Assembly: GCA_963716775.1 (NCBI GenBank)
Contig: CAVQUI010000005.1
Location: 65,127-129,126 of the forward strand
Origin: an uncultured delta proteobacterium
GTDB taxonomy: Bacteria; Myxococcota_A; Polyangia; Polyangiales; Houyiibacteriaceae
Length of the DNA stretch: 64,000 nucleotides
Reading direction: 5' to 3'
Below the pieces are notes generated by a model, which searched no databases, was not told where the DNA came from, and was given only the letters and a program-made list of their open reading frames with translations. Positions 22,113-30,069 of this stretch are shown piece after piece; position 1 is the stretch's first letter; each line of letters begins with the position of its first letter. The position numbers were made by a program, and so were the translations under genes.

Positions 22113-22264
22113 CCTCCCGAAACCACGCCGATCCCCAGGCAAAGATCGCAGCGCCTTGGGCACGTCCGCGCGAGGTCCTCCCCGAGGTCTGGAACGGGTA
22201 GCGCTGCGATCTTTGCCTGAGAAACTGCCTGATCTCGGGTGCTTGGAGGGTAGGAGAGTGTCCC
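22091..22264. repeat. 174-bp nested inverted-repeat element between convergent pip and ettA (MITE-like element or bidirectional terminator)
   Basis: Outer arms gggacactctcctaccc (22091-22107) and gggtaggagagtgtccc (22248-22264) are 17/17 complementary. Inner arms caggcaaagatcgcagcgc (22136-22154) and gcgctgcgatctttgcctg (22201-22219) are 19/19 complementary. The 28-nt segments between them are 17/28 complementary. The central loop is 46 nt. Confidence 0.8.
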
Positions 22265-23936
22265 TATCTGGAGAACTTTCGGTACTTGATTCGGTGGGGG
22301 ATGTCGGCGTCGTGGCCTAGGCGGGCTTTTCGGTCGGCGGCGTAGTCGGCGTAGGAGCCTTCGTGCCAGACGACCCGGCTGTCGCCTTCGAACGCGAGGA
22401 TGTGCGTGCAGATGCGGTCGAGGTACCAGCGATCATGGCTGATGATCATCGCGCAGCCAGGGAAGGCGAGGATTGCTTCTTCGAGTGAACGCAAGGTATC
22501 GACGTCAATGTCGTTCGTCGGCTCGTCGAGGAGCAAGACGTTGCCGCCGCTCTTGAGCAGCTTGGCCAGGTGCACACGGTTGCGCTCGCCACCCGAGAGG
22601 TTCTTGACCGGCTTTTGCTGATCGCTGCCGCGGAAGTTGAACCAGCCGACGTAGGCGCGCGATTTCACCGTGCCGCCACCGACGTCGATCTCGTCAGCGC
22701 CGTCTGTGATCTCCTTGAAGACGTTGTTGGCGTCATCGAGCGAATCGCGGCTCTGGTCGACATACGAGAGCGCGACGGTCTCACCAACGGTGATGCTCCC
22801 CGAGTCGGGTGTCTCTTCGCCCACCAGCATTCGAAACAAGGTCGTCTTACCAGCGCCGTTCGGCCCCACGATGCCAACGATGGCCCCGCGCGGCACGATG
22901 AAGCTCAGGTCTTCGAACAGGAGCTTGTCGCCGTACGCTTTGCTCACCCCATTGACTTCAAACACCTGTGTTCCGAGCCGCGGCCCCGGAGGAATACGAA
23001 TCTCGTTGGCGTCACCACGGGCCTTGGCCGCGTCGGCGACCAGGCTCTCGAACGCGGTGATGCGCGCCTTGCTCTTGGCCTGTCTGGCCTTCGGCGACGA
23101 GCGCACCCATTCGAGCTCCCGCGTGATCTTGCGCTTTCGAGCACTGTCTTTCTTCTCTTCTTGGGCGAGCCGCGCCTCCTTGGCCTCGAGCCACTGAGAA
23201 TAGTTGCCCTTGAACGGGTGCGCCTCGCCGCGGTCGAGCTCGAGTATCCACTCCACAATCTCGTCCAAGAAATACCGATCGTGGGTGACCAGGATGACGC
23301 AGCCCGGATACTTCTGGAGGTAGCCCTGCAACCAGGCGACCGACTCGGCGTCCAGGTGGTTGGTCGGCTCGTCGAGCAACAAGAGCTCCGGCTTCTCGAG
23401 CAACAAGCGGCACAGCGCGACCCGGCGCTTCTCACCACCCGATAGCAAGTTCGGGTCGGCGTCGGCGGCGGCAAGCGAAGCGCGTCCATCGCGATCTCGA
23501 GCGTGCTCTCTAGGTTCCAGCCGTCGACCGCATCGATCTTGTCTTGAAGCGCTCCCTGCCGGTCGAGCAGCTTCGCCATCTCGTCATCGCTCATCGGCTC
23601 ACCGAGCTTCATGCTGAGCTCGTTGAACTCGTCGAGAACCGCACGCACCGAAGACACTCCAGCCTCGACCGCTTCCAGCACCGTCTTGGCGTCACCGAGG
23701 TCCGGCTCCTGCGGCAGGTAGCCCACCTTCGCACCCGGACGAATCCAGGCCTCACCGGTGAACGTGTCATCGACCCCCGCCATGATGCGCAGCAGCGTCG
23801 ACTTACCGGTGCCATTCACACCAATGACCCCTATCTTCGCGTTCGGAAGGAACGAAAGATAGAGGTCTTCGATGATCTTCTTGTCCGGGGGATGGACTTT
23901 CGTCACCCCCTTCATCGTGAAGATGAATTCTGCCAT
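22264..23936 (-). pseudogene. ettA: Energy-dependent translational throttle protein EttA (ABC-F), one missing base near 23465
   Basis: MAEFIFTMKGVTKVHPPDKKIIEDL.., Walker A GVNGTGKST and GPNGAGKTT, signature [11 protein letters not shown] and LSGGERNRV. ..AMDALRLPP then runs out of frame. Adding one base gives [41 protein letters not shown]. Length is 3n+2. Confidence 0.9.
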
Positions 23937-23939
23937 GAG

Positions 23940-25560
23940 CTATTGAGCTGTGCGTCTCCTGGTCAGCCACATAGCAACGAAGCAGAGCGCGATCCAACCG
24001 AGCGACGCGCTCTTCGCCGCGCTCACGCTGCAACCGTCCGAGGTGCTCGCATCGCCGTTCGCTCCGCTCTTCTTCTTCTCGCCCTTCTCAATCTTGCGCT
24101 TCGGCACACCCTCCACCACGCCCGCTTTGAGGTCGAGCTCCGGGATGTCGGTCTGGATCAGCACAGGCAGCTGATTGGTCAGCGTCTTGCCTGTCGTGCC
24201 CTTGAGCGCAGTGTTGCCCGCAGCAAAGGGCCTCGGTGTCGGGCCACCAGGCGGTCCGCCCCAAGTGCCCCGCTGCGGATTCTCGCAGGCGATCTTCTCT
24301 TCCCAGGGGTGCAGAATCACGTACCGCCCCTGGAAGTTGTTGACGCTCGAGGCCTGCGCGCGCCGTTCTCCGAGCTCACCCTTCTGATCGGGCATCCCAC
24401 GGCCGCCCACGATCGGACCCGCCGCACGGAACACGAGGTCCTCGTCGAGCCCATCCTTGTCGTAGCGATAGTGCAGACGCGTAAGCACGAAGCCGGAAGG
24501 CATCCAGCGTCGGCGGAGGCCGCCTCTGCGGCACCACACCAGGAATGTCGGAGTACGGATCCTTCTCACCTGGCACGAGCACGTCAGCGCCGAGGGTAGC
24601 CAGCTCATCGGGCCTGAGCGGAGGCTCCGGACAGGGGTCGCATGTCGTCGCGTCCCATGCGTACTCCGTCACCACCGCGCCGGGGTTCTTCTCGATCGTT
24701 CGCTCGAAGAGCGCATCATAGAAGGCGCCGAAGGTCTTCCGAACGCTGTCCTCGACCCTGATGTTGGTCGGAATCGACGCGTTCTTGTAGTTGGCCACCT
24801 CGTAGCGCTGTTGCTTGCCGAGAAGGTGCACGATCAAGTCCTGCTTGCCCGCACTGTTGAGCAGCCCAAGTCTCACCGGCAGCGTGAAAGTCGGCGCATC
24901 GTAGTGGAAGCGCAGCGGCGAAAGCACCGCCTTGCCGTCGCGGAACGTCACCTTCTCCGCATCGACCTTGGCGACGAAGAACTTCGTGTTCTGCTCGACG
25001 TACGGACGAAGCACCGCGTTGGCGCCCTTCGGAATGTTGTATTCGTTCTTCCGCAGCCACTTGTCGAGGCCTCCGGAATCCTTCGCGCTCAAAATGACGA
25101 TGTCGTACTCGGCCACCTTGAACTGCGCCTCGATGGTGACGCCAAACTTCGAGTCGTCTTCCGCGTCTGCACTCGACTTGGCCCTTCGCGCCATCGGCGC
25201 ACCCGCTGCCATCTCGTAGACGACCATCGGACTACAGGGATCCTGCTCCCAGTATTCGACCAGGCGGGGCGCGGCGAGCTTGTCGACCCGAGAAAAGATC
25301 TCCGGCGGCAAGGTCTTCACGTTTTCTTCCTGCAGCACGACCGGCACCGGAACGATCATCGCGAAGTCTTCCGGCGGGCCCTGGTAGTTGTTCTGCATCG
25401 ACAGCACGGTCCGCGTGCCCTCGCGCATCATCACGACCATGGTCGCGTTGTTGTAGAGCGAGGCATCGGCCCCACTCACGTAGAATCCACAGAAAGCGCG
25501 TGACGTCGTCGGCCACGCCATGACCACACACAAACCCAAAATCGCGAATGCTTGCTTCAT
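23940..25560 (-). pseudogene. DUF2330-like secreted protein with MYXO-CTERM-like sorting tail, one frame break near 24500-24545
   Basis: Start MKQAFAILGLCVVMAWPTTSRAFCGFYV. ORF 24376-25623 joins ORF 23940-24608 (..FVLTRLHYRYDKDGLDEDLVFRAAGP..). The C-terminus is DGCSVSAAKSASLGWIALCFVAMWLTRRRTAQ: a Cys motif, a hydrophobic helix and an Arg cluster. Confidence 0.6.
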
Positions 25561-25661
25561 CGGTTGTTCCTCACTTGGGCTGGTAGACGCACGACCGCGC
25601 AATTCGGATCTATTTTTCGTCAACCCGGGCGATTGCGGCCAGATTCAGCGGCTGGCTGCTG

Positions 25662-26597
25662 CTATTTGATGTCGAGGAGCTCGACGTCGAAGACGAGCAT
25701 CCCTGCCGGGCGTCCGGGTCGGCCGTCATAGGCCAGATTCTCGGGAATCCAGATTCGTCGCGTCTCCCCGACGACCATGAGCTGCAAGCCCTCGGTCCAG
25801 CCCGGGATGACTTGGTTGAGCCCGAAGGTCGCGGGCGTTCCACGCACGACGGAGCTGTCGAACATCTTTCCGTCCGTGGTCCAGCCCGTGTAGTGCACGG
25901 TCACGACGCTGGTCGCGTTCGGGTGCTCGGTGCCGGTCCCTTTGGAAAGCACGCGCGAGCCGATGCCCGACTTGGTCTTCTTTGCGTTCTTTGGAATCTT
26001 AGCGACGTCTTTGGGCGTATCGGGCGGCTTGGGCGCTTCCTTGAAGCTGATGAGCTCCACGTCGAACACCAAGGTCCCCTTGGGTGGTCCCACCGCGGCA
26101 TGCGGATCGTTCGGCGCTGCCTCGCCGTAAGCGAGGTTACCTGGAATCCAGAAGCGGCGTTTCTCACCCGCAACCATCAACTGCACGCCTTCGGTCCAAC
26201 CTTTGATGACCCGGTTCAGCGGGAACTCTGCCGGCTGTCCGCGCACGACGGAGCTGTCGAACATTCGTCCGCTGGTGGTCCACCCCGTGTAGTTGACCTT
26301 CACGATGTCCGCTCCAGTTGGCTTCGCGTCGCCGGTGCCGGCTTGCAAGACGGTCCAGGCAAGGCCTGACTCGCTACGCTCGGCATTCTCGGGAGGCGCG
26401 GCCACATCGGGAGGCGCGGGAATCGAATTCGGCGCAGCGCCTTGAGCCACGATCGTTTCCGTGGCGGCCTCTTTTTCAGCAGGCGCTTCGGCTTCCGCGG
26501 CGGGCTCGCCCTCGGCGGGTGCGGGTTTGCTGCCCTTGCAGGCGGTCAGCGCGGCGCCGAGCACCACACAGCACAGGAGGATCCAGACATTTTTCAT
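25662..26597 (-). CDS. FKBP-type peptidyl-prolyl cis-trans isomerase lipoprotein with two FKBP domains
   Basis: MKNVWILLCCVVLGAALTACKG carries a lipobox. There are two copies of the ..V.YTGWTT.G.MFDSSV.RG.PA.F.LN.VI.GWTEG.QLM..GE.RR.WIP..LAY pattern. Confidence 0.85.
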   Translation of the reverse strand: MKNVWILLCCVVLGAALTACKGSKPAPAEGEPAAEAEAPAEKEAATETIVAQGAAPNSIPAPPDVAAPPENAERSESGLAWTVLQAGTGDAKPTGADIVKVNYTGWTTSGRMFDSSVVRGQPAEFPLNRVIKGWTEGVQLMVAGEKRRFWIPGNLAYGEAAPNDPHAAVGPPKGTLVFDVELISFKEAPKPPDTPKDVAKIPKNAKKTKSGIGSRVLSKGTGTEHPNATSVVTVHYTGWTTDGKMFDSSVVRGTPATFGLNQVIPGWTEGLQLMVVGETRRIWIPENLAYDGRPGRPAGMLVFDVELLDIK

Positions 26598-26629
26598 GGA
26601 CGCTTGGTAGCCGACTGCGCGCGCGATGT

Positions 26630-27130
26630 CTACTTCTCTAATTGCTCCGGGGGATTCGGTTTGCTGACCACCTCGACTACCTCGACGACTTCCCCTTCGA
26701 CGTCAATCACCTCTTGGGGACGACCCGGCGCGCCGTTGTAGCCCGGCGCATACACTTGTACGCGGCCCGCCGCGATTTGCCTCTCGAACCAGCTGCGAAC
26801 GAAACCCGAGATGACCCGGCGCGTAGGCGGCATCACCATCGAAAGACCAGCGAAGTCGGTCAAGATTCCGGGCGTGATCAGCATCAAGCCACCGATGAAA
26901 ATCAGCAAGCCATCGATGACGCCGTCCTTGGGCACCTGCTGACGCGACATGGCCTCCTGCCAGCGCCGGATGACCCGGGCGCCTTCGAGGCGGGCGAACC
27001 AGGCGCCCACCGCACCGGTCAGTAACACCAGACCGATGGTGGCGGCCGGCCCGAGAAGCCGGCCGACGGCGATCAAGAGGTAGAGCTCAAGCAGGGGAAC
27101 GACGGTGAACAACAGAAAAAGGCGACCCAC
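26630..27130 (-). CDS. fxsA: FxsA family membrane protein
   Basis: MGRLFLLFTVVPLLELYLLIAVGRLLG...LITPGILTDFAGL..MPPTRR is typical of FxsA. Confidence 0.8.
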   Translation of the reverse strand: MGRLFLLFTVVPLLELYLLIAVGRLLGPAATIGLVLLTGAVGAWFARLEGARVIRRWQEAMSRQQVPKDGVIDGLLIFIGGLMLITPGILTDFAGLSMVMPPTRRVISGFVRSWFERQIAAGRVQVYAPGYNGAPGRPQEVIDVEGEVVEVVEVVSKPNPPEQLEK

Positions 27131-27221
27131 CAGCTGAACCTAAGTCCTATCTCGAACCTGCGCTAGCCAGCCTCTGGCCCTTTGCTTGGCGTCCCCGTCG
27201 TTCTGCCGTACACCCGGCGGC

Positions 27222-28220
27222 ATGAACACAGCGGTGGACGGCTCGATGAGCCCGAAATGGGGACTGCGGTGCTTGCTGGGCGGTGCGCTGATGGGGCTTG
27301 CAAACCTCGTCCCGGGTATCAGCGGCGGCACCATGTTGCTCGCAGCGGGAATCTATCCTCGGTTCATCCAAGCCCTCGCGGACCTGAGCGCGCTTCGAAT
27401 TCGCAAGAGCTCATTCATCGTTCTGGGTCTCGTGGGAGTTGCCGCGATGGTTGCGATTCTCCTCGGAGCCGGCCCGGTCAAAGATGCAGTCGTCGAACAC
27501 CGCTGGGCGATGTACAGCCTGTTCATCGGATTGACGCTCGGCGGCGTCCCCGTGCTCTGGCAGATGGCTCGACCTGGGAGCAACGCATTCTGGACCGGAA
27601 TGGTGGCAGGCCTCGTGCTGATGGCGGCCCTGGCCTGGCTCCAAGTCGGAGGCTCGAGCGCGGGAGCGAGCCGCGATGGATTCGCCATGATGTTCATCGC
27701 GGGCATTGCCGGCGCGAGCGCGATGATCCTGCCGGGCGTGAGTGGCGGATATCTCCTGCTGGTGCTCGGGGTATACGTTCCGGTGCTAGGCGGGATTGAC
27801 GCCCTCAAACAGGCACTCAAATCCGGTGACCTCGCGAGCGCGTCCGAACCTGTCATGGCAGTCGTGCTCCCGGTCGGCGTCGGCGTTGCGATCGGCATCC
27901 TGGTGGTCAGCAACCTGATCAAGATCGTGTTGGAACGTCACGAGCAACCAACCTTGGGAGTGCTGATGGGCCTTCTCGTCGGAGCCGTGTTCGGCCTCTG
28001 GCCTTTTCAAGAAGGCGTGCCGCCCAGAATCGGCGAGCTGTTCAAAGGACAGGCCCTGACAGCCGAAGGGCTCGCCGAGCTGACAGCAGACAAGTTCCCC
28101 ACCGAGTTCTACGCGCCCACGTTCAACGACGTCATGATGGCCGTGGGCTTGATCGGCCTCGGCTACATGATCACCACGCTGGTCTCGCGGCTGGGCGGCG
28201 CCAAGCCCGGACGACGCTAG
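27222..28220 (+). CDS. DUF368 family polytopic membrane protein (undecaprenyl-phosphate translocase-type family)
   Basis: Duplicated motif NLVPGISGGTMLL / ILPGVSGGYLLLVLG and ~8 hydrophobic segments. The start could be TTG 27186 or ATG 27222. Confidence 0.7.
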   Translation: MNTAVDGSMSPKWGLRCLLGGALMGLANLVPGISGGTMLLAAGIYPRFIQALADLSALRIRKSSFIVLGLVGVAAMVAILLGAGPVKDAVVEHRWAMYSLFIGLTLGGVPVLWQMARPGSNAFWTGMVAGLVLMAALAWLQVGGSSAGASRDGFAMMFIAGIAGASAMILPGVSGGYLLLVLGVYVPVLGGIDALKQALKSGDLASASEPVMAVVLPVGVGVAIGILVVSNLIKIVLERHEQPTLGVLMGLLVGAVFGLWPFQEGVPPRIGELFKGQALTAEGLAELTADKFPTEFYAPTFNDVMMAVGLIGLGYMITTLVSRLGGAKPGRR

Positions 28221-30007
28221 GCGTAGAGCGATTCGATCGCGTCGTTGTAGCGTTGGAGCACTACCCGGCGCTTGAGCTTGAGCGTGGGGGTGAGCATGCC
28301 GTTCTCGGTGGTGAAGTCCTCGTCACCGATGAAGAGCTTACGGGCCTTTTCGTAGCCTTTGAATTCGGCGGAATGCTGGTTGACCTCGTCCTCGATCAGG
28401 GCCCGAAGCTCGTCGCTCTTGGCCAGCGACGCAGGGTCGGGATCGAGCCCCTTCTCAGCAGCCCAACCCTTGAGCGCCTCGTAGTCCGGAATGACGACCG
28501 CCACGTTGAACTCGCGGTTCATGCCGTAGACCATGGCGTTCGAGATGTAGGGCGAGAGCTTCATCTTCTCCTCGAGCGGCGTCGGCACGACGTACTTTCC
28601 ATTGAGCAGCTTGTACTGCTCCTTTACGCGGCCGGTGATGTGCAGGAACCCTTCGTCATCGATGACGCCCATGTCGCCTGAACGAAAACCACGCCTGCCG
28701 TTTCTCTCGACGAAGACTTCGGAGTTGGCCTTTTCGAGGTTGTGGTAGCCCTCCATGATGTTGTGCCCGAAGATGAGCACCTCGCCCTGGACGGGGTCGT
28801 CGGTCGCCGAAACGTCGATCTCGATTTCAACACCGGGAATCGGCTTGCCCACCGAACCGATCTTGCGGGCTCCCGGGTAGTTCGCCGTGGCGATCGGCGA
28901 GGTCTCGCTGAGGCCGTAGCCCTCGTAGACAGTGATGCCGAGGTTGTCGATGAACTCGGCGACCTCTTTCGAGATCGCGGCGCCTCCGCTGAACGCGTAC
29001 TTCAAACGACCACCGAAACGCTCGCGCACCTTGGCAAAGACGAGGCCGTCGAGGATCTTGAATTTGAAATCGAGCCAGCCGCTGCTCTTGCCATTAGCGG
29101 CCAATCGCTTTCGCTCCGCCGCCGTTTCTAGCGCTTTCTCGAATAGCTTCTTCTTCAGCCCGCCTTCTTCGTTCATACGCGCGTGCAGGCCATCGTAGAT
29201 GCGGTTGAACACCCGGGGAACGCTGATGAACAAGGTGGGCTTCACCTCTGCGAGGTTGGCGATGATCTTGTCGACCGCCTCCGCAAGCCCGAGCGAGCCG
29301 CCCATCGATAGCAAGCCATGCAGCTCGACCGTCTGGCCAAACGAATGCGCCCATGGAAGGAAGCAGAGCGAACGATCGTCTGGCTCCATCGGCAAGAGCA
29401 CGTGCATCGCGCTGACGTTGTACGCGAGGTTGCGATGCGTGAGACGAACGCCTTTGGGTTCACCCGTCGTGCCCGACGTGTAGATGAAGTCCGCAATGGC
29501 ATCGGGGCCCGGGTCGACCAGGTCAGACGCCTCGTACTGCAGCAAGTCCGCGAAGGCATGCTCGCCGCCCTTCGGTGTGCCCGACAAAACGATGACTTCC
29601 TTGAGGTCCGGAAGCGCGTCGCGGAAGTTGCGCACGCGTTGGGCAATCTGCTCGTTGGCCACGAACAAGACCTTGGCGCCACAGTCCTTGAGAATGTGCT
29701 TCCAATCCTTGTCGAGCTGCGACTCGTACATCGCCACGTAAGCGGCCCCGAGCCCGTACGACGCGTACGCGCCCATGGCCCACTCCGGACTGTTGTTCGC
29801 AATTACGGCGACGCGATCCCCAGCCTGGACGTCGAGATGCTGAAGCGCTGTTCGCAATCGCCGTGTGCGGTCGCCCCACTCACCGTAGGTCATCCATTGC
29901 CACTGGCCATCGCGTTTGACACCAAAGAGCGCTCTGTCCCCAAACTTCTCGGTGGACCGGTTGAAGACTTGGACGAGGCTTTCGAACTTGGGCTGGAATT
30001 CAGACAT
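28217..30007 (-). CDS. Long-chain fatty-acid--CoA ligase (third paralog)
   Basis: Start ATG at 30007 (MSEFQPKFESLV). Motifs [44 protein letters not shown]. The upstream ORF extension is Arg-rich and judged non-coding. Confidence 0.9.
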   Translation of the reverse strand: MSEFQPKFESLVQVFNRSTEKFGDRALFGVKRDGQWQWMTYGEWGDRTRRLRTALQHLDVQAGDRVAVIANNSPEWAMGAYASYGLGAAYVAMYESQLDKDWKHILKDCGAKVLFVANEQIAQRVRNFRDALPDLKEVIVLSGTPKGGEHAFADLLQYEASDLVDPGPDAIADFIYTSGTTGEPKGVRLTHRNLAYNVSAMHVLLPMEPDDRSLCFLPWAHSFGQTVELHGLLSMGGSLGLAEAVDKIIANLAEVKPTLFISVPRVFNRIYDGLHARMNEEGGLKKKLFEKALETAAERKRLAANGKSSGWLDFKFKILDGLVFAKVRERFGGRLKYAFSGGAAISKEVAEFIDNLGITVYEGYGLSETSPIATANYPGARKIGSVGKPIPGVEIEIDVSATDDPVQGEVLIFGHNIMEGYHNLEKANSEVFVERNGRRGFRSGDMGVIDDEGFLHITGRVKEQYKLLNGKYVVPTPLEEKMKLSPYISNAMVYGMNREFNVAVVIPDYEALKGWAAEKGLDPDPASLAKSDELRALIEDEVNQHSAEFKGYEKARKLFIGDEDFTTENGMLTPTLKLKRRVVLQRYNDAIESLYA

Positions 30008-30069
30008 GGGCGCGGAGGCTACCAAAACCGATACCGGCCGCAATCGGTCGCAATGTTGTCTGTGTGACC

